A stretch of DNA of 64,000 nt from Candidatus Dojkabacteria bacterium (lineage in GTDB: Bacteria; Patescibacteriota; Dojkabacteria; JAOAGR01). Of the stretch, positions 30,716 to 42,736 are shown piece by piece; the first letter of the stretch is position 1; the number at the start of each line of letters is the position of its first letter. A model generated the notes under the pieces. It saw nothing but the letters and a program-made list of their open reading frames with translations. It did not search any database and had not been told where the DNA came from. A program made the position numbers and the translations under genes. The stretch covers positions 291,996 to 355,995 of the forward strand of contig AP026679.1 of assembly GCA_025999155.1 (NCBI GenBank), read 5' to 3'.

Positions 30716-31329
30716 TTTTCAAACATTAACTCCTCAACCCTTTTCCAATCAACTACATTCCAAAAAGCATCAATATAGTCTGCTCTGCGATTTTGATATC
30801 TTAAATAATATGCATGTTCCCAAACATCCAGACCTAATACGGGTTTGCCAGATTCCTCTGCAATATCCATAAGAGGATTATCTTGATTTGGTGTAGACAC
30901 AAGCTTTAATTTGTTTTCCGAATCTTTGATCAACCAGGCCCACCCAGAACCAAATCTGTCAAGAGCAACTTTTTTAAACTCAGTTTTGAAATTATCAAAA
31001 TTACCGAAAAATTCCTTGATTTTATCCAGTAATTGTTCTGAAGGATTTGACAACTCGGGCGTCAAAATATCCCAGAAAAAAGAGTGATTCCAGTGTCCTC
31101 CTCCATTGTTTCTCACCTTCATACGGATATCTGCCGGTAAATCTCCTATACGTTGTAATAATTGTTCTAAAGAGAGACCAAGCAAGTTCGGATACTGCTC
31201 CAATGCTTTATTAAGATTATCAACATAAGCTTGATGATGTTTGGAGTGATGTATTTCCATAGTCATTGGATCTATACTTCGCTCCAATGTATTGTATTGA
31301 TATTTTAACTTTGGTAATTGGAATGCCAT
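30712..31329 (-). CDS. sodA: Superoxide dismutase (Mn/Fe)
   Basis: [41 protein letters not shown]. Confidence 0.96.
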   Translation of the reverse strand: MAFQLPKLKYQYNTLERSIDPMTMEIHHSKHHQAYVDNLNKALEQYPNLLGLSLEQLLQRIGDLPADIRMKVRNNGGGHWNHSFFWDILTPELSNPSEQLLDKIKEFFGNFDNFKTEFKKVALDRFGSGWAWLIKDSENKLKLVSTPNQDNPLMDIAEESGKPVLGLDVWEHAYYLRYQNRRADYIDAFWNVVDWKRVEELMFEN

Positions 31330-31456
31330 GATTTAATCTACCATAAACTCATATCTATGTCACCATTCAAAAATTCATGAAGTGTACCTAGTGAATTGAG
31401 ATATGTAAGTAAAATCACTAAAATATTTAAGATTTTTAATCATAAAATACACGACT

Positions 31457-31861
31457 ATGAACAAATCAGTTTTTGCAAAAATTATTGACCGAGAAATTCC
31501 AGCTGAAATAGTCTGGGAAAATGATAAATTCATAATGATTTTGGATATTAACCCGATAGCAAGAGGACATGCCTTATTAATACCCAAAGTCCAAGTTGAT
31601 AAATTCTATGATTTAGATGATGAAACGTACAGTGAACTATTCAGGCTAACTAAATTATTTGCAAAAAAAATGGAAAAAACTTTTAAATGTGTGCGCACAG
31701 GTATAATAATAGAAGGATTTGGTGTACCACATGTACATGTGCATCTCATACCACTTGATCATGGTGGTATCATAGAAACAGGACACAAATACCAACCTAA
31801 AGAAGGGGAATTTAAAGAAGTAGGAGATTTAATGAGAAAATCCTTTGTAAATATTTACTAA
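31457..31861 (+). CDS. HIT family hydrolase
   Basis: FAKIIDREIP, GHALLIPK, VPHVHVHLIP. Confidence 0.93.
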   Translation: MNKSVFAKIIDREIPAEIVWENDKFIMILDINPIARGHALLIPKVQVDKFYDLDDETYSELFRLTKLFAKKMEKTFKCVRTGIIIEGFGVPHVHVHLIPLDHGGIIETGHKYQPKEGEFKEVGDLMRKSFVNIY

Positions 31862-31988
31862 AAACAAATTAGACAGCACACACCAGATAATCAAATCTAG
31901 AGGAAGAATTTGATAGTTTATTTTATTTTTTCGTATATAAAAATTATTGTATAATCCTACGAATTTATTTGTGTTATACTTACATTAC

Positions 31989-32291
31989 ATGAATTGGGCA
32001 ACTGAACTAGTCAAAACTATATCCGGTCTCGAACTGACACCTAACTACGCGTATCTGTATTTAGGCTTCATCGCTGTAACAATAGGATTCGTAGCTTGGA
32101 TGATATATTACGCATTATTCAAAGGAGCAGTCAAAGAACTAGATCATGTAGAATGGTTATCTTTTAAAAATACAGTAAAATATACCGTAATCACTCTGGT
32201 AGCTATAGTATTCTTTAGTTCTCTTTTATTTGGCTACGACTTTCTTTTAGATCAATTAGTTAGTACAATAATACAGTATGCAAACAAATAG
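31989..32291 (+). CDS. secE: Preprotein translocase SecE (likely start 31989)
   Basis: KELDHVEW motif plus TMs, immediately upstream of nusG. Confidence 0.85.
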   Translation: MNWATELVKTISGLELTPNYAYLYLGFIAVTIGFVAWMIYYALFKGAVKELDHVEWLSFKNTVKYTVITLVAIVFFSSLLFGYDFLLDQLVSTIIQYANK

Positions 32292-32820
32292 CGATAAAAA
32301 AGCGAAATGGTACGTAGTTTACTGTAATAGCGGGCAAGAAGATACGGTGTCCGGTCTTATCAAAATAAGGGCACAAAATGCCGGTTTATCAGATCAAATA
32401 CAGGATTTTCTAGTCCCTACTGTGGAAAAGATTACCATACGTAAAGGGGAGAAAAAAACAGTAAAAGAAAAAGTTTACAAAGGCTATATTTTCATAAAAA
32501 TGGTGTTGAATGATCAGACATGGCCTTTGGTTAAAGATACTCCAGGAGTCATTAGATTTGCTGGTACAGGTAAAGAACCTACCCCCATACCAGAATCAGA
32601 AATCAAGGCGATTCAAGAAATTTCGGGCCAACAAATTTCCTCTTATAAACTTAATATTTCAGAAGGAGATAAAGTCAAAATCACATCAGGAGATTTCAAA
32701 GACTTTACTGGTACAGTTACAAAAATAGATTACGAAAATGGTAAAGTTACTGTCAATGTGATATTTCTAAACCGTGAAGTTCCAGTCGAACTGGATGTCA
32801 CACACATAGTACATCAATAA
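32278..32820 (+). CDS. nusG: Transcription factor NusG
   Basis: KWYVV..SGQE, YKGYIFIKM, TPGV..F, KOW motif GDKVKITSGDF. Confidence 0.96.
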   Translation: MQTNSDKKAKWYVVYCNSGQEDTVSGLIKIRAQNAGLSDQIQDFLVPTVEKITIRKGEKKTVKEKVYKGYIFIKMVLNDQTWPLVKDTPGVIRFAGTGKEPTPIPESEIKAIQEISGQQISSYKLNISEGDKVKITSGDFKDFTGTVTKIDYENGKVTVNVIFLNREVPVELDVTHIVHQ

Positions 32821-32966
32821 AAATTTTATTAATGATTTATAGACCGAAGACTTTAGTCTATAAATATAATTATAACGTATAATTGTCTTTATCAAGTGTT
32901 ATATTCATTCTATAATAATTAATAATAAAGAGAATGATTTATAATTTATATTAAAATAAAAAAAGA

Positions 32967-33716
32967 ATGGCAGAAGCTAATACAAACAATCAAAACAATC
33001 AAAACAATCAAAACGATCAAAACAATCAGAAATCCAAGAAAAAATGGTTCACAATACCTGAAAGTTTTAAATATAAGCTTGTTATCTTTTTCTTAGTATT
33101 GTTATTAATTGGAGTAATTGGTGGAGGTGGTTATTTAGGCTATGTTGGTTATAAGACGCTGGGAGATAAAGATAGTGAAATACAAAATTTAAGAAAAGAG
33201 CTTGATAAATTGAACGCTGAGAGAGATTTGGGCATTGTAGATTTGCAGAAAAAATTAGATGAGAAAAATGCTAAGGTTGCAGAACTAGAAAACGAAGTTA
33301 ATTCACTAAAGACCGAGCTTAATGCAGCTCGAGCGAGAATAGATGAGTTAACGCCAAAAGACATACGTAATGTGGACTACAAAAAATTAATAAGAAATAA
33401 TGAGCTTAACGGTGATGTTTGGCTAAATCCGAGCTATGTTGACGTAAATGGTGATGGTAGGTTAGATGGTATATTCGCATATCGTACTGGAGGACCAGGT
33501 GAATTTCTTAATGTCTATGTTTACAGCTATTTTAACAACAATAATCTAACTCAAATTCTTAAAGCTGAAGGTTATTTATACGGAAAATATACTTTCGATA
33601 CAAATGAAAATGTTTTAGAAATACATTCACAAGCGGGAACTCCAGATGATCCAAGAATAGCAGTAAGTAGATTTAAATGGGACCCTGCACAAAGTAAAAT
33701 GGTGAAAGTATCGTAA
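32967..33716 (+). CDS. Single-TM coiled-coil protein with a DxNGDGxxD (Ca-binding-like) motif
   Basis: NNQ repeats, TM, coiled coil, DVNGDGRLD. Confidence 0.8.
   Translation: MAEANTNNQNNQNNQNDQNNQKSKKKWFTIPESFKYKLVIFFLVLLLIGVIGGGGYLGYVGYKTLGDKDSEIQNLRKELDKLNAERDLGIVDLQKKLDEKNAKVAELENEVNSLKTELNAARARIDELTPKDIRNVDYKKLIRNNELNGDVWLNPSYVDVNGDGRLDGIFAYRTGGPGEFLNVYVYSYFNNNNLTQILKAEGYLYGKYTFDTNENVLEIHSQAGTPDDPRIAVSRFKWDPAQSKMVKVS
32985..33029 (+). repeat. 9-bp tandem repeat AACAATCAA x5 (encodes NNQ)
   Basis: Five units, two with single-base variants. Confidence 0.9.
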
Positions 33717-33860
33717 TTACTGGATTAGATTTTAAACATTTTCATGTCTAATAATTATTTGATTTAGAATTATTCATGAGTTTTTATTGGATTTTAATGT
33801 GTTCACCTATATCTTCTATATTTCAGTGTTTTTATATATAATCTTCAAGTCTATTTATTT

Positions 33861-34289
33861 ATGGCAAAAAAAATAAAGGCGGTAATCAAGATACAAGCCC
33901 CGGCTGGAAAGGCTACGCCTGCCCCTCCGATAGGACCAGCTTTAGGAGCAACTGGTATCGCGATCGGTGAGTTTGTCAAACAGTTCAATGATAGAACGGC
34001 TAATATGGGTGATTTGATAGTGCCTGCTGTCATCACAGTTTATGAAGACCGTTCGTTTACATTTGTGTTAAAAACTCCCCCTGCTTCTGAATTACTCAAA
34101 AAAGCAGCACAAATTCCAAAGGGATCTGGTAAACCAAATCGTGATAAAGTTGGCAAAATCACCAAAGCCCAAATCCGTGAAATAGCAGAAAAAAAGCTTC
34201 CGGATTTGAATACTACTGACATTGAAAAAGCTATGAAAATCATAGAAGGTACAGCAAAAAATATGGGATTGGAGGTGGTCGAGTCATGA
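33861..34289 (+). CDS. rplK: 50S ribosomal protein uL11
   Basis: [26 protein letters not shown]. Confidence 0.98.
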   Translation: MAKKIKAVIKIQAPAGKATPAPPIGPALGATGIAIGEFVKQFNDRTANMGDLIVPAVITVYEDRSFTFVLKTPPASELLKKAAQIPKGSGKPNRDKVGKITKAQIREIAEKKLPDLNTTDIEKAMKIIEGTAKNMGLEVVES

Positions 34290-34969
34290 AAAGGGCAAAA
34301 AATTACAAAAAGATTTTAAACTCAATGAAAAAAGCTTCGGATCTGCGAAGCTATTTAGAAATAGCTTGTCAAACAAATCCCTATAAGTTTGACCAATCGA
34401 TAGAATTAAAGATAGCGATTAAAAGATCAGCAAAAAATGTTACACCTTATAAGGTATCGGTAACTTATCCTCATAATTTTGGTAAAAATGTAAAAATTCT
34501 GGTATTTGCCGAACAAGACGATGCAAAAAAAGCTATTGAGGCAGGGGCGGATTATGCAGGATTAGATGAATATATAAATAAGATAGCAAATGAGAGCTGG
34601 TTTGACTTTGACGTAGTAATTGCTACTCCGGCAGTAATGCCACAAATAGCCCGATTAGGAAGATTCTTAGGAGCAAAAGGACTAATGCCTAACCCAAAAA
34701 CAGGTACTGTAGTCAGCGATGTAGAAACTGCGGTAAAAGAATTTAAATCTGGTCGCAAGAACTACAAAGAAGATAAAACAGGAGTAATCAACACGGTCGT
34801 GGCAAAAGTATCGCAAGGACCAGAAAAAGCTATCGAGAATATAAAGACTTTAATTGATTCGCTAAAAGAAGTTAATCCAAATATAGCAAGAGAAATAAAA
34901 TCTATCCATATCAAAACGACAATGGGGCCAAGTATGAAATTGTCTACATTGGATGTAATGAATTTATAA
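34286..34969 (+). CDS. rplA: 50S ribosomal protein uL1
   Basis: [26 protein letters not shown]. Confidence 0.96.
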   Translation: MKRAKNYKKILNSMKKASDLRSYLEIACQTNPYKFDQSIELKIAIKRSAKNVTPYKVSVTYPHNFGKNVKILVFAEQDDAKKAIEAGADYAGLDEYINKIANESWFDFDVVIATPAVMPQIARLGRFLGAKGLMPNPKTGTVVSDVETAVKEFKSGRKNYKEDKTGVINTVVAKVSQGPEKAIENIKTLIDSLKEVNPNIAREIKSIHIKTTMGPSMKLSTLDVMNL

Positions 34970-34998
34970 TAATTTAATTTAACAATCGTTTTGAAGTA

Positions 34999-35026
34999 TA
35001 AAAAGCCTGGTTGTCCAGGCTTTTTA
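34999..35026 (+). terminator. Intrinsic terminator after rplA
   Basis: AAAAAGCCTGG-TTGT-CCAGGCTTTTT. Confidence 0.85.
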
Positions 35027-35129
35027 TGTTACAAGTTTAAATTATTTAGACTGTAATCCTTTCTGTAGTATGAAAGAAACTTTAATTTAGATCGTTAGTC
35101 TGATACAATTCCTAAGGGTAAGGATAATT

Positions 35130-35999
35130 ATGGCACTTTCTATCAAAGCAGAAGAGTTATTTCACATTGGAGAATTGACGGTTACAAATTCTATGTTGTC
35201 AGCTTTTATTATCGTTATTGTATTAATAACTTTTTATGCTATTTATACTAAAAAATTAAATTTAATCCCGTCATCCTTCCAGCTATTTTTAGAGTGGATT
35301 ATTGAATCCATATACTCACTTGTACATAATGTTTTAGGACAACACAAGGCAAAACGTGTTTTCCCTATAATATTCAGTCTTTTTAGTTTGATAATAATAT
35401 CAAACTGGTTTGGACTACTCCCTACTACCGGTTCCATAGGTATAGCGGAAAAGAGTTATAAAGAAGGTGGCAGTCTTGGACAATTAATAGTATTTAACAT
35501 AGGTCAATCAAAGGAAGAAATTCACGAGTCTGATATCGCAGAAGAAAATAAAAAATTTCATTATGAGTTAATCCCCTTCTTCCGATCGCCATCCGCAGAT
35601 CTAAACTTCACAATTGCCTTAGCAATAATAGCGTTCGTATTAATACAATATAACGCTATAAAAGAAGGCGGATTACATTATTTAGGGAAATTTTTCGATT
35701 ACAGAGTGTCCATACCCACAGGTTGGAAAGTTGCTTTAGTACCATTCGCATTTTTAATCAATTTTCTATGGAAAACTCTAGAGCTAGTTTTAGAATTTTC
35801 CAAAATTTTGTCATTCTCATTCCGTTTGTTTGGAAATATATTTGCCGGTGAGGTTTTGCTTGTCGTTATAACAAGCTTATCGTTAGGAATCATAACTTTA
35901 CCCTTCCTAGGATTTGAGCTTTTTGTCGGATTTATACAATCAATAGTGTTTATATTCTTGACTATGGTGTTTATCCGAGTATCTCTTGATACTCATTAA
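35130..35999 (+). CDS. atpB: ATP synthase F0 subunit a
   Basis: SNWFGLLP, RSPSADLN, SFSFRLFGNIFAGE, FIQ. Confidence 0.96.
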   Translation: MALSIKAEELFHIGELTVTNSMLSAFIIVIVLITFYAIYTKKLNLIPSSFQLFLEWIIESIYSLVHNVLGQHKAKRVFPIIFSLFSLIIISNWFGLLPTTGSIGIAEKSYKEGGSLGQLIVFNIGQSKEEIHESDIAEENKKFHYELIPFFRSPSADLNFTIALAIIAFVLIQYNAIKEGGLHYLGKFFDYRVSIPTGWKVALVPFAFLINFLWKTLELVLEFSKILSFSFRLFGNIFAGEVLLVVITSLSLGIITLPFLGFELFVGFIQSIVFIFLTMVFIRVSLDTH

Positions 36000-36049
36000 A
36001 ATTAAGTAGAAGAACTTGGCAATTTGTTAAATTTGAAAGATTAGGTTAG

Positions 36050-36307
<258 letters not shown>

Positions 36308-36310
36308 AAA

Positions 36311-36799
36311 ATGGAAGAATTAGGAATAAATCTAGTGCAGATAATATCCTATGTTGTTATATTCCTATTGCTTTATTATTTTACGAGAAGATTTGTAAAA
36401 CGTGTCCTAGACAATATTGAAAAAAGAAAAAATATTATTGAGGAAGGCATACACAACGCGGCTAAAGCTCAAGAATTAAAAGAAGAAAAACTCAAAGAAG
36501 CAGAAGAAGAAAAGAAAGAAATCTTACGTAAAGCATTTATCGAGTCTGAAGATATTTTAGCAAAAGCAAAATCACAAGCAGAAAGTATCCTCGAAAAAGC
36601 AAAAACAGAAAAAGAAATAGTATTATCGAATGCAAAGAAGGAAATCGAAAATCTAAAGAATCAAGCAACTTTAGAAGGTTTGAACCGTGCTAATGAAATC
36701 ATTGCATTAGCAATGCAAAAGGCATTTGAAGGTGTTCAGCTAAGTGATGCAGATCACGCTCGCATCATTCAACAAGCTCTGGAAAAAATACGCAAATGA
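36311..36799 (+). CDS. atpF: ATP synthase F0 subunit b
   Basis: LGIN, N-terminal TM, R...IEEG, coiled coil; operon position. Confidence 0.92.
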   Translation: MEELGINLVQIISYVVIFLLLYYFTRRFVKRVLDNIEKRKNIIEEGIHNAAKAQELKEEKLKEAEEEKKEILRKAFIESEDILAKAKSQAESILEKAKTEKEIVLSNAKKEIENLKNQATLEGLNRANEIIALAMQKAFEGVQLSDADHARIIQQALEKIRK

Positions 36800-37017
36800 T
36801 AACCGTTTTTACAAAAATTGAACTTAACGAAAATCTTAAGAAAATTGTGGTTCAAGCGTTAGGCAGTTATCTTGGCCATGCAATAAATATTGATGACGTG
36901 GTGTTCAATGTAGATAAATCCATAATTGCAGGACTCAAGATAAATATAGATTCGGAAATTATAGATCTGACCATTAATTACAAATTGCAAGAAATTATTA
37001 ATATATTGAAGTCATAA
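36796..37017 (+). CDS. atpH: ATP synthase delta, C-terminal domain only
   Basis: VDKSIIAGLKINIDSEIIDLTI motif; 73 aa; between atpF and atpA. Confidence 0.8.
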   Translation: MITVFTKIELNENLKKIVVQALGSYLGHAINIDDVVFNVDKSIIAGLKINIDSEIIDLTINYKLQEIINILKS

Positions 37018-38564
37018 TGGTCGAAAGCATAAAAAATAAAATAAATCAAATAGATTTTAGTAAGCCAGGTATATACTCAGAGGGAGAGGTAATATCTTAC
37101 GGCGATGGTATAGCTACAATTAATGGTCTTAAGAATGTAGCTATGGGTGAAGTGGTGCATATTTATGAATATGGCAGCCATGGAAAGTACGCACCAGCTC
37201 TCGCATTTAACCTAAGCTATGATACAGTCGGAGTCATATTACTGGATGAAACTTTGAATATTCAAACAGGTTGTATAGCAAAAACGACGGGAGAAACTCT
37301 AAATATTGAAGTAAGTGATGCTTTTTTAGGTAGAGTTATCGATATATTTGGTCGTCCAATTGATGGAAAAGGTAATATATTTCACCCGAATCCTAAAAAA
37401 CAACCAGTCGAGCGTAAGGCGTATGGTGTTATAGATAGAGAAAGTGTTAATGTACCACTTCAAACAGGCATTATTGCTATAGATGCACTTATACCTATAG
37501 GACGAGGACAAAGAGAGTTAATTATTGGAGATCGTCAAACAGGCAAAACTGCTCTTGCATTAGATATCATTATTAATCAAGGTAGAATCAACCAGAGAAT
37601 TGAAAATGGTGAAATTGAAGGTAAACCAGTATATTCAATTTATGTTGCAATAGGGCAAAAACAATCAAAAGTTGCCCAAATAATACGTAAACTTGAAGAA
37701 TTAAATGTATTAAAGTATACGATAGTACTTTCGGCTAGTAGTTCTGATTCTGCAAGTGTCCAATATCTAGCACCTTATGTGGGTACAGCAATAGGTGAAT
37801 ACTTTATGGAAATAGGTGATGACGCTCTAATAGTATATGATGACTTATCTAAACATGCACGGGCCTACAGGCAAATATCATTATTACTACACAGACCCCC
37901 TGGACGGGAAGCCTACCCTGGTGATATTTTTTATTTACACTCAAGGCTACTTGAGCGTAGTGCCAGACTAAATAAGTCTTTGGGAGGAGGATCTCTTACT
38001 TCCCTACCAATAATAGAAACTCTTGCAGGAGATATATCTGCTTACATTCCTACCAATGTAATATCTATTACTGACGGACAAATTTATCTCAAATCTGAAC
38101 TATTTAATAGTGGAATAAAACCTGCCATTGATATAGGAAACTCGGTATCACGTGTAGGAGGAAGTGCACAAATTAAGGCTATGAAGCAAGTGGCTGGACC
38201 TCTAAAACTAAATTTAGCACAGTTTAGAGAATTGCAGACTTTTGTTCAATTTGGCGTGGAAGTAGATCCAACAACACAAAAGAAAATAGATTTAGGGCTT
38301 AGATTAGTCGAAATATTAAAACAAGATCAATATTCGAGCATGCCAGTTGAAGAGGAAGTTGTGTTATTATGGGCAGTAACGCAAGGCTATGCTAACGATA
38401 TAGATTTAGAAAAGGTCCAGCCTTGGAGTAAAAGCTTATTACAATTTTTCCGTGATTATTATGCTGATACTCTACTCCATATCAACAAAGAAAAGGTTCT
38501 CAGTTCAGAAATAGAAATTAAACTTAGACAAGCAATTGACGAATTTAAAACCAAGGGAGAGTAA
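37017..38564 (+). CDS. atpA: ATP synthase F1 alpha
   Basis: GRGQRELIIGDRQTGKT, PPGREAYPGD. Confidence 0.98.
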   Translation: MVESIKNKINQIDFSKPGIYSEGEVISYGDGIATINGLKNVAMGEVVHIYEYGSHGKYAPALAFNLSYDTVGVILLDETLNIQTGCIAKTTGETLNIEVSDAFLGRVIDIFGRPIDGKGNIFHPNPKKQPVERKAYGVIDRESVNVPLQTGIIAIDALIPIGRGQRELIIGDRQTGKTALALDIIINQGRINQRIENGEIEGKPVYSIYVAIGQKQSKVAQIIRKLEELNVLKYTIVLSASSSDSASVQYLAPYVGTAIGEYFMEIGDDALIVYDDLSKHARAYRQISLLLHRPPGREAYPGDIFYLHSRLLERSARLNKSLGGGSLTSLPIIETLAGDISAYIPTNVISITDGQIYLKSELFNSGIKPAIDIGNSVSRVGGSAQIKAMKQVAGPLKLNLAQFRELQTFVQFGVEVDPTTQKKIDLGLRLVEILKQDQYSSMPVEEEVVLLWAVTQGYANDIDLEKVQPWSKSLLQFFRDYYADTLLHINKEKVLSSEIEIKLRQAIDEFKTKGE

Positions 38565-39448
38565 TGTCTAGTTTTTATGAATTAAAAAACCGTATAAATA
38601 CAGTTAAAAACACAGGACAGGTAACTAAGGCTCTAAAAATAGTTGCAGCGGCAAAACAAAAAAAATCCCAAACGAATTTAAAAAACTCTAGATACATACG
38701 TGATGCCTTACAAAAAATTATAGCTCAAATTCGCAAAGAATTAGGTAATGCTATCGAAAAAAACTACTTGCCGCTATTGTTTATTCCAAATCTTGAATCC
38801 AATAAGGTATTGATGGTCACGGTGATGTCAAAAAGAGGACTATGTGGCCCCCTAAACTCTAAATTGTTTTACAAAATTCTACTTAAAAAATCTGAATTAG
38901 AAGGCAAAGGCTATCATGTTCATTTTATCTCAGTCAATAAATTAGCCCAAAAATTCTTACGTAATTTTAACGAAGATGTTATCGCGTTTTTTTCTGATAT
39001 ATCAGAAAACCCTAGTCTGGACGATGTCAGCCCAATTATTAATCTAGTCAAAGAATCATATACTAAATATAGATATGTATTTTTGTGCTATTCTGACTTT
39101 GTGAAAAGCGGAATATATGAGCAAAAGATAAACCAATTACTGCCAATTGATTTACCTGAAAACAGTAATGATAATCATGATAAAAACCGTAATCTTCTGT
39201 ATTCTCAATATATAATCGAGCCAGATCCAGTCTATGTACTAGATCAAATGTCAAATTTATATGTTGATTTAGAGATTTACGAAGCTATATTGTCAAGTAT
39301 AGCATCAGAAAATACGGCCCGAATGATATCCATGAGTAAAGCTACTGATAATATCCAAAAACTTGTATACCAGCTAACTTTGAAGCTCAATAAGGAAAGA
39401 CAGGCAAGAATAACCAAACAAGTCGCAGAAATTAGTGCAAACTTATAA
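38564..39448 (+). CDS. atpG: ATP synthase F1 gamma
   Basis: RI..VKNT.Q.TKA, RGLCG, SE..ARM..M..ATDN, RQARIT. Confidence 0.96.
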   Translation: MSSFYELKNRINTVKNTGQVTKALKIVAAAKQKKSQTNLKNSRYIRDALQKIIAQIRKELGNAIEKNYLPLLFIPNLESNKVLMVTVMSKRGLCGPLNSKLFYKILLKKSELEGKGYHVHFISVNKLAQKFLRNFNEDVIAFFSDISENPSLDDVSPIINLVKESYTKYRYVFLCYSDFVKSGIYEQKINQLLPIDLPENSNDNHDKNRNLLYSQYIIEPDPVYVLDQMSNLYVDLEIYEAILSSIASENTARMISMSKATDNIQKLVYQLTLKLNKERQARITKQVAEISANL

Positions 39449-39486
39449 ATGATGTATATATTTAGGATATTTTAATAAGGCTTTAA

Positions 39487-40950
<1,464 letters not shown>

Positions 40951-40972
40951 AATATTTTTTGTATCAAGATAA

Positions 40973-41347
40973 ATGAAAGTCTATATCAGTACAGAGAAAA
41001 ATATATTATTAGATGGATTAGAATGTGAATCAGTCACCCTCCCTACTCTAAGTGGTGAAATTACCATTTTAGATGATCATAATCCTATAATAGGAGTCTT
41101 ATCAAAAGGTAAAATTCGCATACTGATAGAAAATACCAATGTCATACCCGAAATTGATGTAGATAGTGGCTACTTTGAACTAAATAATAATAATCTAACA
41201 ATATTAGTGACTAAGACTGGGCTTTCATTGGATGAAATTTCTGATATTAAACAAAAGGCCATACAGGCACGAACAAAAACTATTGGTCAAGAAGATAAAA
41301 TCAGTGAAAAAGAGTTTATAGAACGTCAAACAAGTGAAGGTTTTTGA
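40973..41347 (+). CDS. atpC: ATP synthase F1 epsilon
   Basis: VTLPTLSGEITILDDH.P...GYFE; operon end. Confidence 0.9.
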   Translation: MKVYISTEKNILLDGLECESVTLPTLSGEITILDDHNPIIGVLSKGKIRILIENTNVIPEIDVDSGYFELNNNNLTILVTKTGLSLDEISDIKQKAIQARTKTIGQEDKISEKEFIERQTSEGF

Positions 41348-41422
41348 TCACTGATACGTTTTGTCTAAATATACTTTGAAATATATCTTTGAAAATATCT
41401 GCAAATTCGTTATAATTCGTTA

Positions 41423-41490
41423 GCGGTCTAAGAAATCAGGCATAGTTAGATAAATGCTTTTTTGTCTAACTAATAAGACCTGACGAGACT
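41423..41490 (+). promoter_or_regulatory. Ribosomal protein L10 leader RNA (downstream of TATAAT at 41411)
   Basis: GTCT-AAGAAAT-CAGG ... TAGTTAGATA/TGTCTAACTA stem ... CCTG-ACG-AGAC; resembles the kink-turn L10 leader. Confidence 0.7.
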
Positions 41491-41589
41491 ATACAAATGC
41501 CAATTAAGTCATTATATTTTCCGGTCTCGTATTTCTTAGTGCTGCGCACCTTTCGGGGGAGGTGTAATATTTATTTTGTAAAAAAATCG

Positions 41590-42096
41590 ATGGCAAAGAC
41601 AAAAGCTCAAAAAAGCCAATTACTAGCTCAATACGAACAGTATCTCAGAGAAGCTAAAGCTGTTTATTTAGCTTCGATGAATTTGACTGCTAATGAGACC
41701 GTTGAGTTAAAGCGTCGTTTAAAAAATCATGATGCTGTTTATACTGTGATTAAAAACACTTTATTTCGTATTGCTGTTCAAAATACGCTGAACAAAGAAA
41801 TTGATTTGAAAGGTCCCATTAGCGCAGTAACTGTCAAAGGAGATATTGTAGAGGTCGCAAAAGAGTTAGCTAAGTTAAAAAAAGAAGACAAAGCTCATTT
41901 TATTTCGATGATTTTAGATGGTAATATTGATGATGGTACGAAGATAGATCAAATATCGAAGCTTGAATCAAAAGAACAGTTACTAGGTAAGTTGATGTAC
42001 TTACTCAATTATCCAACGGCAGGGCTTGCTAGAGCTCTTGCTAACAATATTCAAAAATTATTATATGCACTTAATGCAGTAAAAAATTTAAAATAA
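41590..42096 (+). CDS. rplJ: 50S ribosomal protein uL10 (likely start 41590)
   Basis: MAKTKAQK, VIKNTLFRIA, LKGP, SKLESKEQLL. Confidence 0.94.
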   Translation: MAKTKAQKSQLLAQYEQYLREAKAVYLASMNLTANETVELKRRLKNHDAVYTVIKNTLFRIAVQNTLNKEIDLKGPISAVTVKGDIVEVAKELAKLKKEDKAHFISMILDGNIDDGTKIDQISKLESKEQLLGKLMYLLNYPTAGLARALANNIQKLLYALNAVKNLK

Positions 42097-42102
42097 ACGA
42101 CT

Positions 42103-42492
42103 ATGGCAGATAAAAAATTAACTATACAAGAAATAGTAGATGCAGTTGCTGAGCTCAATGTACTTGAGCTTTCAGAACTTGTTAAAGCAATTGAAGATAA
42201 ATTTGGGGTTACTGCAGCTGCTCCTGTTGCAGTAGCTGCGGCTGCTCCTGTAGCTGCTGAAGCTCCAGCAGAAGAGAAATCAGAATTTGATGTAGAAATC
42301 ACGGAAGCTGGGGCAAATAAGATTGCAGTAATCAAAGCTCTTCGAGAATTAGACCAGACTCTAGGTCTCGCTGAGGCAAAAGCAAAAGTAGATGCTGCAC
42401 CAACAGTTGTTGCAAGTGAGGTTGCAAAAGACAAGGCTGAAGCTATGAAAAAGAAACTCGAAGAAGCAGGTGCAAAAGTAACATTGAAGTAA
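42103..42492 (+). CDS. rplL: 50S ribosomal protein bL12
   Basis: [34 protein letters not shown]. Confidence 0.98.
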   Translation: MADKKLTIQEIVDAVAELNVLELSELVKAIEDKFGVTAAAPVAVAAAAPVAAEAPAEEKSEFDVEITEAGANKIAVIKALRELDQTLGLAEAKAKVDAAPTVVASEVAKDKAEAMKKKLEEAGAKVTLK

Positions 42493-42517
42493 AAGATACA
42501 TTATTACATATCAAGTT

Positions 42518-42546
42518 AAAACCGCCATGTAAACATGGCGGTTTTT
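42518..42546 (+). terminator. Intrinsic terminator after rplL
   Basis: AAAACCGCCATGT-AA-ACATGGCGGTTTTT. Confidence 0.9.
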
Positions 42547-42736
42547 CATTACACTATTAGTAGTGTAAATTTAATTTTGTGTACACATTTAAATCATATA
42601 CGAATTCAAACAGTAAAATTTCGAGTAGAGCACAATATTATTAAATTGAGGAAAAATTACGAACATACCTACTATACATAGCTATGTATTAGCATCAATA
42701 CGTTGACAATTCTATTCCAATTTATTATCGTGTCGT

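Noticed and set aside
32835-32865. Inverted repeat ATTTATAGAC/GTCTATAAAT after nusG as a terminator
   Set aside because: AT-rich stem without a U tract; function not supportable.
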